The notes under the pieces were generated by a model, which made no database searches, had not been told where the DNA came from, and saw nothing but the letters and a program-made list of their open reading frames with translations. A stretch of DNA of 64,000 bases from Acidobacteriota bacterium. Its GTDB lineage: Bacteria; Bacillota; Syntrophomonadia; Syntrophomonadales; DTU052. The translations under genes and the position numbers were made by a program. This document shows positions 47,785 through 57,979 of the stretch, in pieces (within the stretch, counting starts at the first letter, position 1; each line of letters opens with the position of its first letter). The DNA lies in assembly GCA_050259595.1 (NCBI GenBank), contig JBLNAX010000096.1, forward strand, positions 2,734 through 66,733, given 5' to 3'.

Positions 47785-50700
47785 GTGAAATATTTGCGGA
47801 TTACCGAAATGGCAATCAAACGTCCGGCCATGATGACCATGATTATTATGGTCTTTGTGATTCTGGGCATATATACTTACGGACGTATCGGGGTGGAACT
47901 ATTTCCGGCCATCAATATTCCTTTTGTTTCGGTTTCGGTCAGCTATCCGGGCGCCGGGGCTGAAGAAATCGAAGGCCAGATCATAAAGCCCATCGAAGAT
48001 TCACTGGCTTCCTTAAGTGGTATTAAGCATATCAATTCACAGGCTTCCGCAGGCAGTGGTACGGTGGGAGTGGAATTTGACATGTCGGCCGATGTAGATA
48101 AATCGGCTATGGATGTTCAGAAAAAGATCGATGCAATAAAAGGAAGAATGCCTGACGGTGCCGGAGACCCGGTAGTATTCAAAATGGACATGAACGACAT
48201 GCCCATTCTAAGTCTAGCTTTAAACGGTAAACGGCCACCTTATGAGCTGTACAATATCGCCAATGATATCGTAAAAGAGAAATTACAGACAGTTGCTGGC
48301 GTGACCCAGGTGAATATTGTGGGTGGGCAGCAGCGCGAAGTTCAGATCCATATTGATAAAAGCAAAATGGAAGGCTTTGGCTTGTCCTTAAACCAGGTAA
48401 CCAGCCGCTTAAAAACAGAAAATCTGAATGATCCCAGCGGTCGCTTAGATCGTCCGGAAGCTGAGTACAACGTACGGGTGTTGGGCGAATACCGCAGCGT
48501 TGAGGACATTAAAGAGATCCAGATACCTACATCTTCCGGTTATGCAGTGCCCTTGAAAGAGATCGCGACAGTCATCGATGGTTATACAGAAATGCGCCAG
48601 CGCAGCCGTCTCAACGGTATATCAGCGGTCGGGATCCAGGTAAGCAAACAGAGCGATGCCAGCGTGGTAGCAGTCGGAGATGCCGCTAAAAAAGAACTTG
48701 AGGCTATTCAGAAGGAGCTGCCGGCCGACTGCAAACTAGTCATTTCCAACGATCAGTCATTGTTTGTACGCCAATCATTGAGTGGTACTGTTGAGAGCAT
48801 CATTGAAGGTATAATCGTTACCGGCCTGGTGTTGTTCCTCTTCCTGCGCAAATGGCGCTCGACGTTCATTGTAATGTTAGCCATTCCGACTTCTTTGCTG
48901 GCGACAATAATGATGATGTATTTTGCCGGGTTCACCTTTAACATGATGTCCATGATGGGCTTAGCCCTCTGTATAGGGATTCTAGTCGATGACTCGATCG
49001 TTGTGCTGGAAAACATCGATCGCCACCTGCATATGGGCAAGCTGCCCTGGCAGGCAGCCTTGGATGGCCGTAGTGAGATCGGTATGGCTGCCATCGCTAT
49101 AACCGCTTCTGACGTGGTGGTTTTTGCTCCGATCGCCTTTATGACCGGGATGATCGGCCAGATGTTCAAGCAATTCGGTTTAACTATCGTATTTGCTACA
49201 CTATTTTCGCTTTTCATTTCTTTCACCATGACTCCTATGCTGGCTTCTCTGCTATATAAACCGATTCGTAGCGGAGCCGGTGAGGTAAAAAGAGAATCTT
49301 CACTAGGCAGCAGAGTCAAGGATAAGTATGTGGAAATGCTGCACTGGTCGCTGAATCACCGGGCATTGGTAGTTATCATTTCAATAGCGGCTTTCGTGCT
49401 AAGCCTTGGGATACCGATTTTCGGTGTGGTGGGAACTGAATTCACACCTAAAACTGACCAGGGACAGCTCAATGTGTCGATGGAATTACCGGTAGGTACA
49501 CCTATAGGCAAGACTGACATAGTTCTAAAACGCATGGAGAAGAAACTGAGTTCTATTCCTGAAATACAATATTATCAAAGTTCCCTGGGGTCCTCGGGCG
49601 GGCGCAGTTCTGCAGCCGGATCCAATATCGGCCGTATTGGTGTGCGGCTGACCCCGAAAGGCGAGAGAAAACGGACATTGTGGCAAATCGGTGATATTAT
49701 TCGGAGCTGGAGTGGTGACTTCAAGGAAGCAAAGCTTACGGTTACTGAATCCGACCAAATGGCTGGCGGCGGCGGTTCGGCGGTACAGATAATAGTATCG
49801 GGAAAAGACCCTGTTAAACTGGTCAAAATCACCGAAGATATCAAGAAGGTTGTCGAGCAAACTCCGGGGTCGGCTGATATCAACACCAACTTCCGGCTCG
49901 GACAGCCCGAAGTGGAAGTTCTGCCTAACCGCTCACGCGTTGCATTTTACGGAATTTCTATCAATGATATTGCACGTACGGTGCGTACTGCTATTAATGG
50001 GGAAAGTGCCGGAGTCCTGCGCGAGGGCGATGATGAAACCGATATTACTGTCAATATGGCCGGTGCCAGCAAATCAGATATCGATAATATTAGAAATCTG
50101 CAAGTAACTGGTGCCAGCGGCTCGGCGCCACTGCAGCAGGTGGCCGATGTTGTTATAGGCAGTGGACCGACCGATGTGAGACGAATCGACCGGCAGAGAG
50201 CCATCACGATATCAGGAAATATCCGCAATCGCCCCCAGGGAGATTTCATGAAAGACGTGCAGGTACGAATAGCAAGCATGAATCTGCCGCACGGGTTTAC
50301 GGTAAGTTATCAGGGACAGCAGCAGAGCATGCAGGAGAGTTTCTCCGATCTGCTCCAAGCCCTGGTTTTGTCGATCATACTGGTATATATGGTTCTGGTC
50401 ATGCTCTACGAATCGTTTTCCACGCCTTTGATCAGGATGCTGTCTCTGCCGCTAGGTATTGTAGGAGCTTTCCTGGCTCTGGCGATAACGCGCAGTAATA
50501 TCAACATTATGAGTCTGATCGGCATAATCATGTTGGATGGTCTAGTGGCTAAGAACGGTACTTTGCTGATTGATTATACTCATACTCTAGTTGAGCGCGG
50601 GCGTACCCTGCGCGAAGCGCTGATAGAAGCCGGTATAACCAGGCTCAGGCCCATTATTATGACCACCGCTACCATGGTAATGGGGATGCTGCCCACGGCG

Positions 50701-50916
50701 CTTGCTTTGTCGGAGGGTTCGGAATTCCGCAGCAGTATGGCCTGGGTGCTGATCGGCGGACTGCTGTCTTCCACATTGTTTACTTTGTTCGTGATTCCAG
50801 TCGTTTATACTTTGATCGATGATTGGAAAGTCAAGCGCGGCAAAGGGCGTGGACGCCTGGAGGCCAGGTTTGAGAATACAATGGAGATTTTAGAGGATGT
50901 TGGGATAATCGAATAG
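47785..50916 (+). CDS. RND efflux permease (AcrB/AcrD/AcrF family)
   Basis: 1043 aa; YPGAGAEEIE, GILVDDSIVVLENI, KNGTLLIDY, RLRPIIMTT. Confidence 0.96.
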   Translation: MKYLRITEMAIKRPAMMTMIIMVFVILGIYTYGRIGVELFPAINIPFVSVSVSYPGAGAEEIEGQIIKPIEDSLASLSGIKHINSQASAGSGTVGVEFDMSADVDKSAMDVQKKIDAIKGRMPDGAGDPVVFKMDMNDMPILSLALNGKRPPYELYNIANDIVKEKLQTVAGVTQVNIVGGQQREVQIHIDKSKMEGFGLSLNQVTSRLKTENLNDPSGRLDRPEAEYNVRVLGEYRSVEDIKEIQIPTSSGYAVPLKEIATVIDGYTEMRQRSRLNGISAVGIQVSKQSDASVVAVGDAAKKELEAIQKELPADCKLVISNDQSLFVRQSLSGTVESIIEGIIVTGLVLFLFLRKWRSTFIVMLAIPTSLLATIMMMYFAGFTFNMMSMMGLALCIGILVDDSIVVLENIDRHLHMGKLPWQAALDGRSEIGMAAIAITASDVVVFAPIAFMTGMIGQMFKQFGLTIVFATLFSLFISFTMTPMLASLLYKPIRSGAGEVKRESSLGSRVKDKYVEMLHWSLNHRALVVIISIAAFVLSLGIPIFGVVGTEFTPKTDQGQLNVSMELPVGTPIGKTDIVLKRMEKKLSSIPEIQYYQSSLGSSGGRSSAAGSNIGRIGVRLTPKGERKRTLWQIGDIIRSWSGDFKEAKLTVTESDQMAGGGGSAVQIIVSGKDPVKLVKITEDIKKVVEQTPGSADINTNFRLGQPEVEVLPNRSRVAFYGISINDIARTVRTAINGESAGVLREGDDETDITVNMAGASKSDIDNIRNLQVTGASGSAPLQQVADVVIGSGPTDVRRIDRQRAITISGNIRNRPQGDFMKDVQVRIASMNLPHGFTVSYQGQQQSMQESFSDLLQALVLSIILVYMVLVMLYESFSTPLIRMLSLPLGIVGAFLALAITRSNINIMSLIGIIMLDGLVAKNGTLLIDYTHTLVERGRTLREALIEAGITRLRPIIMTTATMVMGMLPTALALSEGSEFRSSMAWVLIGGLLSSTLFTLFVIPVVYTLIDDWKVKRGKGRGRLEARFENTMEILEDVGIIE

Positions 50917-50949
50917 GCGAACCTACATCAACTGCCCATATTGAAAAGC

Positions 50950-50979
50950 AAAGCCGCGGGATTGATTCCTGCGGCTTTT
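50950..50979. terminator. Bidirectional terminator
   Basis: AAAAGCCGCGGGA-TTGAT-TCCTGCGGCTTTT. Confidence 0.75.
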
Positions 50980-51004
50980 AACCTTTACGGTTTTATTCTT
51001 TTGT

Positions 51005-52648
51005 CTAAGCTCGGAAATCTTCGCCTCTGGTTTTGGCCTTTTCCATGGCCCGCAGAGCCGTGCGCATGGGCTTGCCGACTGGTGTGCGGGGCAGTTCGTT
51101 TATGAACTCAACGTGAGACGGCACTTTATAGGGAGCGAGACTCTCGCGGCAATGTTTCTTTACCTCTTCTGTGGTCATTGATTCATTGGGCTTCAGGACT
51201 ACATAGACCTTTACCGATTCGCCACGTCTATCATCGGGCACACCGATAGTACATGCATCCAGGACCTTGGGATGGGCATACATCACTTCATCGATATCCC
51301 GCGGATATACATTGAAACCGCTGCAGATTATCATGTCTTTCTTGCGGTCGATTATCTTGATATAACCCTCTTCATCCATAGTGGCAATATCTCCGGTATA
51401 CAGCCAGCCATTGCGAATGGTGTTGGCTGTCTCTTCGGGATTGTTCCAGTAGCCCTGCATGATGGTGGGGCCGCAGGCGATCAGTTCGCCAGGTTCACCG
51501 GGTGGTAGATCTTGCTTGCCGGTCTCCAGATCCACGATGCGAATGTCCATGTCTGGCCAGGGCAAGCCGACACTGCCAGGGATCCGCATGGTGAACATAG
51601 GCGTACAGGTTAGAACATTTGAACTCTCCGACATGCCGTAGCCTTCAGTAATGGTCGCGCCGGAAAGTTCTTCGAACTGTTTCATGACTTCAACTGCCAG
51701 CGGGGCCGAACCGCAAATCATACCTTTGATAGATTTGATTTGCGAGGTAGAAATGTCAGGATGCTGGTTCAGTCCGTAGATCATTGCTGGCACAGCTGTA
51801 AAGAAGTTCGGGCGATGCTGGTTGATATTCTTCAGCAGGTTATCTGGTGTTGGTATGTCGACAATTATAATAGTTCCACCGGCTATACTATTCATGTTTA
51901 TATTTGTATTGAATCCGTATATATGGTGGAACGGTATGGCTCCTAAATTTCTGAAATCCCAGTCGGGGAACAAATCGTTGAACCAATTGACCGTCTGTAG
52001 GCCAATCGCTTCTAAATTGCGATTTGACAACATGCATCCTTTCGATGGGCCGGTCGTCCCGCCGGTATATTGCAATAATGCAATATCGTCTGGGCTGACA
52101 TAGAACTGGGGTTCTGTATCCTGTCCGGAGTCTATCAAGGCATCAAAATCATAAATATTTGGAGCACCAAGAATGTCGATCAAAGCAACTGGATTCTGTA
52201 TGACAATAGTACGCTTTAGTTGGGTTTCGCCGCTGTCCATTATTTGATTTATCTTATCAGCAAAAAAACTCATTACAAATACAGTTTCAGCGCCACTGTT
52301 CAGAAATTGATGGGTCAGCTCTTTTGGTGTGTACAGAGGATTGGCTGGGACAACAATGGAGCCGGCTTTAAAGCAGGCCTGTAGGGCGATCACGTATTGT
52401 GGGATGTTGATGGTCATGATGGCGACCCGGTCACCTTTCTTTACACCGAGGTCAATGAGGGAATTGGCCAGTTTACGGGCCATAGAGTTGGCTTGCTGAT
52501 ATGTAATGACCAGATCATTGTAGATGAGATAAGGTTTGTCCGGTTGTTTTTCCGCCCAATCCAGGAAATAGTCCTTGATCGGCTTACCCGGGTAATCGAT
52601 GGATCTGGGCACTTTGGAATCATACCACTTGTACCAAATTCTCTCCAT
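51005..52648 (-). CDS. Long-chain fatty-acid--CoA ligase (FadD-like)
   Basis: QYTGGTTGPSKG, EGYGMSE, TGDIA, DRKKDMI, LAPYKVP, PVGK. Confidence 0.93.
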   Translation of the reverse strand: MERIWYKWYDSKVPRSIDYPGKPIKDYFLDWAEKQPDKPYLIYNDLVITYQQANSMARKLANSLIDLGVKKGDRVAIMTINIPQYVIALQACFKAGSIVVPANPLYTPKELTHQFLNSGAETVFVMSFFADKINQIMDSGETQLKRTIVIQNPVALIDILGAPNIYDFDALIDSGQDTEPQFYVSPDDIALLQYTGGTTGPSKGCMLSNRNLEAIGLQTVNWFNDLFPDWDFRNLGAIPFHHIYGFNTNINMNSIAGGTIIIVDIPTPDNLLKNINQHRPNFFTAVPAMIYGLNQHPDISTSQIKSIKGMICGSAPLAVEVMKQFEELSGATITEGYGMSESSNVLTCTPMFTMRIPGSVGLPWPDMDIRIVDLETGKQDLPPGEPGELIACGPTIMQGYWNNPEETANTIRNGWLYTGDIATMDEEGYIKIIDRKKDMIICSGFNVYPRDIDEVMYAHPKVLDACTIGVPDDRRGESVKVYVVLKPNESMTTEEVKKHCRESLAPYKVPSHVEFINELPRTPVGKPMRTALRAMEKAKTRGEDFRA

Positions 52649-52898
52649 CTATTTATCCTCCTTCATCTGCCTATCTTTATCTTGTACGACTTGATTTTTT
52701 AACTGGCAATACCTCCTTTGTATAACTTTAAATAGTTATGTGTCTTTTTTCTAAATTAGGCTATATATTTCCTGCTTGATATTTGCTTTTTGGAATAATT
52801 GTTATGGATAAGTTTGCCATTGGGAGGGAGACCGCGCTGGTATGAAGAATTGATAGTTTTAGGGGATATATAGTTCCCATGGAAAGGAGTTCATGTAA

Positions 52899-53504
52899 GT
52901 GCCTGCAATGAACAGATTGCATATAACCAATAAAAAGATTGTCTTATTTATATCGATCCTTATTCTAATTCTCTTAGCCGTGCAGCCGGTTCTGGCGGCA
53001 AAAAGTAAAACTAAAGTGAAGGCTAAGCCGGCACCAAAACCGAAAACACCGATAATGCTGACTTATGCTAACCCTAACTACAAAATCACATTGAATTATC
53101 CGTCAGCGTGGGAAAAAGTGCCCGGGTATAAACAAACCATTGTTACATTCGGATCGCCTCTGGAAAGTAAAAATGATTTGTTCCGTGAAAACGTGACTAT
53201 AACGACCGATACTCTCATCGGGAAAACCACCTTAAAAGAGTACACCGACCAGTCTCTGGAGCGAACCCGAAACACCCAACCGGAGTATAAACTAGTCCAG
53301 TTGGCGCCGACAAAGGTGGCTGGCTACCCGGCACATCGTGCCATTTATGGTTCAAAGTATGGAATATATCAGGTCAAGATACTGCAGGTGTTCACAGTTG
53401 TAAAGGGCAGGGTATATACTTTTACTTTCACCGCTCAGCCCGATAAATACGATAAGTTCCTGGCCCAAGCGGCCCAGATCATTCAATCGGTAAAGATTAA
53501 GTAA
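52899..53504 (+). CDS. Secreted PsbP/DcrB-like protein
   Basis: Signal peptide; ITLNYPSAWE, FRENVTI, KVAGYPA, GRVYTFTFTA. Confidence 0.75.
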   Translation: MPAMNRLHITNKKIVLFISILILILLAVQPVLAAKSKTKVKAKPAPKPKTPIMLTYANPNYKITLNYPSAWEKVPGYKQTIVTFGSPLESKNDLFRENVTITTDTLIGKTTLKEYTDQSLERTRNTQPEYKLVQLAPTKVAGYPAHRAIYGSKYGIYQVKILQVFTVVKGRVYTFTFTAQPDKYDKFLAQAAQIIQSVKIK

Positions 53505-53594
53505 CATTTTTAGTGGGTGAACCATTTTGGGTTATTAGTTGATTCTGATCCACGATATGGTTTAGAATGTTATCAGTGATTTTACAACCATATA

Positions 53595-53688
53595 TTTCTC
53601 CGAGCCTGCGTGCCTACAGCGATAGCCACGGTTCTCAGGCAGTTAGGGTCCATCGGGAAACGGATGGGCCTCCTATTGGAAAGGAGAA
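53595..53688 (+). ncRNA. Moco/Tuco (molybdenum/tungsten cofactor) riboswitch motif
   Basis: TCTCCGAGCCTG...CAGGC, TAGGGTCCATC-GGGAAAC-GGATGGGCCTCC-TATT-GGAAAGGAGA; upstream of xdhC; an inner P3-like arm suggests the Moco subtype. Confidence 0.85.
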
Positions 53689-53708
53689 GCTGGATTCGGC
53701 CATATATT

Positions 53709-53741
53709 GGGACGGGTTGCTTTTCGCAACTCGTCCTTTTT
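53709..53741 (+). terminator. First terminator after the riboswitch
   Basis: GGGACGGGTTGC-TTTTC-GCAACTCGTCC followed by TTTTT. Confidence 0.75.
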
Positions 53742-53752
53742 AGGTTAATTGT

Positions 53753-53779
53753 GCCCGGCGTTCTTCGCCGGGCTTTTTT
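53753..53779 (+). terminator. Second terminator after the riboswitch
   Basis: GCCCGGCG-TTCTT-CGCCGGGC followed by TTTTTT. Confidence 0.75.
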
Positions 53780-53820
53780 ATTATAATGGGGCTAAGCTGT
53801 ACTAGAAGGGGTGGATCAAA

Positions 53821-54855
53821 ATGAAAAAGTATTACAGTCAACTCCTGCAAACCCTCAACAGTAGTATTACGGGCTTATCGGCCATGGTTATCAAAAGCGA
53901 CGAAGAGAGCTATCTGGGCCACAAGGTCTGTACTGATGCTGTTGGGCGGCTGTTGTTTCACAGTGGACCGGCGGAACTGACTGATACTTTGCTTAATGTG
54001 CTCAATCAACACAATCACAATATGCACACGATTCTACAGGTGCCAGGTGCGGGGACGGTATTTATCGAACCACTGCAAGCGGCACCAAATGTCCTGATTT
54101 TAGGCGGTGGGCACGTGGCTCAGGCTTTATCCAAAATTCTAAGTGTTATAAGGTATCAGGTAACAGTTGTTGATGACAGGTCTAGTTTTGCCGATACGCT
54201 GCATTTTCCCGGTGCTGATCAGGTAGTTTGCGGTGCCTTTATAGAAGTGATAGAAAAACATAACTTTAATAAGAATGACTTTGCCGTTATCTGTACCCGC
54301 GGTCATAGTCATGATATGGAGTGTCTGCGAGCCTTGATCGGTAAACCTTTAGGCTACATAGGCATGATAGGGAGCGCTCAGAAGACCAGAACCATATTCG
54401 CGGCCTTAGAAAACGAGGGTATAACCTGGGAACGACTGGCTGATGTTCATTCACCTATAGGCCTTGATATTGGAGCGCGGACCCCCGAAGAAATAGCAGT
54501 CAGTATTGCTGCCGAGATAATTTCCGTAAACAATCAACTTCGTGGTGAACCACTCGATGTTAAGTGGTTGGAAAGGGTGGCTGCAGTGGAACAAGCGGCA
54601 GCTATCGTAACAGTGACGATGATCATGGGTTGTGCGCCGCGTAAGGCGGGGGCCAGAATGCTTGTAATGGCTGACGGCAGTACTTATGGTACTATAGGGG
54701 GCGGGACCGGCGAAGAGATGGCCAGGGTCAACGCTTTGGAGGTCATCGATACCGGAAAACCGCAATACTTCTGCATGGATATGAACAACGAGATAGCGGC
54801 CAATGATGGTATGATCTGTGGCGGACAGATGCAGATGTTTATCGAGCCTTTGTAG
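53821..54855 (+). CDS. XdhC/CoxI-family molybdoenzyme maturation factor
   Basis: LGGGHVA, TRGHSHD, YIGMIGS, PIGLDIGARTPEEIAVSI; C-terminal APRKAGARM..GTIGGG..MICGG. Confidence 0.92.
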   Translation: MKKYYSQLLQTLNSSITGLSAMVIKSDEESYLGHKVCTDAVGRLLFHSGPAELTDTLLNVLNQHNHNMHTILQVPGAGTVFIEPLQAAPNVLILGGGHVAQALSKILSVIRYQVTVVDDRSSFADTLHFPGADQVVCGAFIEVIEKHNFNKNDFAVICTRGHSHDMECLRALIGKPLGYIGMIGSAQKTRTIFAALENEGITWERLADVHSPIGLDIGARTPEEIAVSIAAEIISVNNQLRGEPLDVKWLERVAAVEQAAAIVTVTMIMGCAPRKAGARMLVMADGSTYGTIGGGTGEEMARVNALEVIDTGKPQYFCMDMNNEIAANDGMICGGQMQMFIEPL

Positions 54856-54987
54856 GAATAGATGCTGGTAATAAGTGAAATAATCGATTAAGTAAGCAGC
54901 TAAACACAGCTGCTTTTTCATTTGATGACAACGTTTGCCGAGTAACATCTTGCTTCCTGGAAAATACTCTATACGGAGGTGATTTGA

Positions 54988-55122
54988 ATGCCTAAGAAAA
55001 TGAAGAAGAACCCGGTACACTATGATGATAGGGAAATGGATATGATCCCCTGGAAATTTGCCCATCTAGATTTCCTTTGGCCATTTTGTAGGCTCCTGGC
55101 CGGAAGAAAGCCGCGTAATTAG
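54988..55122 (+). CDS. Small hypothetical protein (44 aa)
   Basis: Below the ORF-track cutoff; GGAGGTGA RBS: MPKKMKKNPVHYDDREMDMIPWKFAHLDFLWPFCRLLAGRKPRN. Confidence 0.5.
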   Translation: MPKKMKKNPVHYDDREMDMIPWKFAHLDFLWPFCRLLAGRKPRN

Positions 55123-55143
55123 CTAAATGACCGCCTGCCATTT

Positions 55144-55971
55144 TTAGTGAACATAACGTCCCGCCTCGGGCATCGCCACCCGGTCAAAATCCCGCACCAG
55201 TATTTCCAACTCGTTTTGCAGCTGTTTACCCTTCATTGGAACGCCGTGCCCGGTTGCAACTACTGATGGATGCAAAGCTTCTAACCGTTTGACCGATTGC
55301 CAGGCCAAATCCCAATCAGTGGTGAAGTAAGCCGGCGGACCATGCACTTCCTGGCGCTGGGTCAATACAGCAGTGGCCGATTCCTGTTTTACTGTAGTGA
55401 AGGCATCCCCGGCTAGTAGAACACCATCTTCATCACGGAATAACGAAATATGTCCGGGGGTGTGCCCTGGGGTGTGGATCCAGGACCAATCAGGCAGGCA
55501 CGGGACACTGCCGTCTAGCGGTAGGGAACGGATCCGTTTATGGAGGTCTATGCTGTTATGAGGGAAGAAAGGAGATAGCAAAGATACCAAGCCCTCGTCC
55601 ACTGTGGGGTCAGCCGGAGGATAATTGCGCTGGCCTGTCAAATACCGAATTTCCAGGGGGTGTGCGTAGACCAGAACATCCCACTCATGAGCGAGTTCTA
55701 TCACTGCCCCGACGTGGTCAAAATGTCCATGAGTCAGGATAATCGCACCAGGAATGCTGTGGCGGCCAAATCTGGCCTGCGATGCCTCGAGAATAGGGCC
55801 AGTCGAGTTTTCGGTCCCGGAATCGATCAGCACCCATCCCCCGCTTCCGGCACCCGGCTCCCCAATTAAATAAATATTTACAATAAGCATGGGAACGCGC
55901 TGGATATCGGGAGCAATCTCTATGAAGACAGGATCATCCGTGTGCCCGCTTTTTGCTCTATCAGTACCTAT
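55144..55971 (-). CDS. Metallo-beta-lactamase-fold hydrolase (YflN-like); start uncertain
   Basis: LTHGHFDHVG, HTPGHTPGH, LAGDAF, ATGHG; AAGGAGG RBS sits 8 nt before an in-frame ATA at 55971. Confidence 0.85.
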   Translation of the reverse strand: MGTDRAKSGHTDDPVFIEIAPDIQRVPMLIVNIYLIGEPGAGSGGWVLIDSGTENSTGPILEASQARFGRHSIPGAIILTHGHFDHVGAVIELAHEWDVLVYAHPLEIRYLTGQRNYPPADPTVDEGLVSLLSPFFPHNSIDLHKRIRSLPLDGSVPCLPDWSWIHTPGHTPGHISLFRDEDGVLLAGDAFTTVKQESATAVLTQRQEVHGPPAYFTTDWDLAWQSVKRLEALHPSVVATGHGVPMKGKQLQNELEILVRDFDRVAMPEAGRYVH

Positions 55972-56173
55972 GGTATAAACCTCCTTGTACAAATCGTCGA
56001 TAATAATAGTGTTGTGTATTTTACCTGGGAGAATACAGGAAGCCGTCGTATTGGATTGGGCTCGAAATCCCATCGCGAATATAGTATCGGCAAGTAGCAA
56101 TATAATCCAATGGTCAACATAATGTATTGCATGGTAAAATATGTGATAGGAACAACGAAAAGGAGATGAACAC

Positions 56174-56446
56174 TTGGTTGGGGTAGATGTAATCCAACAA
56201 ACCGGTAACGAAATATGGAACAAGCGTTATTGCGGGGTTGTAACTGATTTAACAGAATTACCCTGGCCTGCAGTTATATATTGTGCTGTGGATGTAGATG
56301 AGAAAGATGAGTGCGACGACAAAACCGAAGAACGGCCAGTGAAGATCCAGATCGAAGGAGATCCTCACCGCAAACTTAGCCAATCGGAAATAGATGAGTT
56401 GATACGTCGTTTATTAGAACTAGGATGTGAAACCCAGTCTAATTAA
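56174..56446 (+). CDS. Small acidic hypothetical protein
   Basis: AAAGGAG RBS, TTG start, hairpin at about 56461-56482 after the stop. Confidence 0.5.
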   Translation: MVGVDVIQQTGNEIWNKRYCGVVTDLTELPWPAVIYCAVDVDEKDECDDKTEERPVKIQIEGDPHRKLSQSEIDELIRRLLELGCETQSN

Positions 56447-56702
56447 GAGCCCCAAATGAAAACACACCCTATTCAGGGTGTTCTTTATTTATATTGTATA
56501 TAGAATCATCCGCTGTGCAGTCCCCAATGTGCCTACAGCTATGCCTTGTATTATTATTGCGGGGACATGGGCCATCTATCCCCCTTGCAATTTAACTGCA
56601 AGTGTAAAATAATGTTATAGGACTTTGCTTTATTCATGATGTATCTTTTAACTTCATAATTTGGCAAACTTATAGATACTTACAGCAGAAGGAGGACCAA
56701 TA

Positions 56703-56918
56703 ATGGCTAATGAAACGATAATTCTCAATGTTGAAGGGATGAGCTGCAGTCACTGTGAGAACTCTGTCAAAAAGGCGGTTGGTGCACTTAACGGCGTTAA
56801 TGCTGTAAATGTAGATCTTAAAGGCAAAAGGGTCACAGTAGATATGGACACCGAGAAGGTTTCGCCAGAGACGATCAAGGACGTTATAGAAGATCAGGGC
56901 TATGAGGTCAAGCAGTAG
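56703..56918 (+). CDS. copZ: Copper chaperone
   Basis: VEGMSCSHCENSV HMA motif, EDQGYEV; AAGGAGG RBS. Confidence 0.95.
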   Translation: MANETIILNVEGMSCSHCENSVKKAVGALNGVNAVNVDLKGKRVTVDMDTEKVSPETIKDVIEDQGYEVKQ

Positions 56919-57108
56919 TTGAGCCGCCATTTCAAAGTCATGGAAGCTACTCGATGGGAGTCGGGTAGCTTTTGTTTTTCGTAATACCATATTTCACTCC
57001 ACGCCCCAAGCCTGCTTAAGTTAATTTGTGGGCTATACATATATTGACAATTGTTTGAGAGAGTGAGACATTTTTGATGAGAGATCTCTTTTAAGAAAGG
57101 GTCAAATA

Positions 57109-57954
57109 ATGAGTTCATCTAAGAATGCTTTAGTGGTGGAAGGTGGAGGCTCGCGAGGCATTTTCAACGCTGGGGTGCTTGATGCATTTTTAACTGAAGG
57201 TTTTGATCCATTTAACATATACATTGGTGTCTCGGCCGGAGCATATTGCCTGGCTTCGTTTTTAGCGAGAATGTACCAAGGTACTTACCGGTTATATACT
57301 GACTATTGTCGACGCCCCGAATACATCAATTGGTGGCGATTTATTCGCGGTGGTCATCTTTTGGATCTTGATTGGCTTCTTAAAATTTCGAATCGTGAAA
57401 TGCCATTGGATCTGGATCGTTTATTGGATCCAAGAAATGAATACTATATAGGCGTCACCGATGCTCGTCATGGCCAGGTTAATCATATTATGCCCAACCA
57501 AAACAACCTGATGGATTTACTGAAAGCATCTATGGCGATTCCATTGCTGTATCGCAAATTCGTAGACATAAACGGTATGGAATGTGTGGATGGTGGCTTG
57601 GCTGACCCCATTCCGGTACGGAAGGCTCATGAATTGGGTGCATCAAATATCATGGTCTTACGTACCCGGCTACATTCCTATTCCATGAAGCCAACTGTGG
57701 GTGACACATTTGGCAGTTTACTGCTATTTAAACACCCTGCATTAGTGAGGGCTTCCCATAATCGGCCGAACGTTTATCAAGAATCAATCGCATTCATTCG
57801 CAATCCCCCGGACGGGGTTAGGATCATTGAGATAAATCCCCCCGAATGCTTTCGAACCAAAAGGCTAACCATGGACCTGGAGATCTTCAAAAGCGACTAC
57901 CAACTGGGTTATACTGCAGGTCTTGCAGCCATTAGCCGGTGGTCCGCTAATTAG
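57109..57954 (+). CDS. Patatin-like phospholipase (YjjU-like)
   Basis: EGGGSRG, GVSAG, DGG. Confidence 0.92.
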   Translation: MSSSKNALVVEGGGSRGIFNAGVLDAFLTEGFDPFNIYIGVSAGAYCLASFLARMYQGTYRLYTDYCRRPEYINWWRFIRGGHLLDLDWLLKISNREMPLDLDRLLDPRNEYYIGVTDARHGQVNHIMPNQNNLMDLLKASMAIPLLYRKFVDINGMECVDGGLADPIPVRKAHELGASNIMVLRTRLHSYSMKPTVGDTFGSLLLFKHPALVRASHNRPNVYQESIAFIRNPPDGVRIIEINPPECFRTKRLTMDLEIFKSDYQLGYTAGLAAISRWSAN

Positions 57955-57979
57955 CCTGATCTTCTCTATACAATCAGCT

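Noticed and set aside
54451-55065. 204-aa antisense ORF, and the many other short antisense or overlapping ORFs in the track
   Set aside because: They lie opposite or inside well-supported genes and have no motifs or RBS.
55972-56223. N-terminal extension of the 359-aa MBL ORF
   Set aside because: Contains the RBS/promoter region and overlaps the divergent gene; not protein-like.
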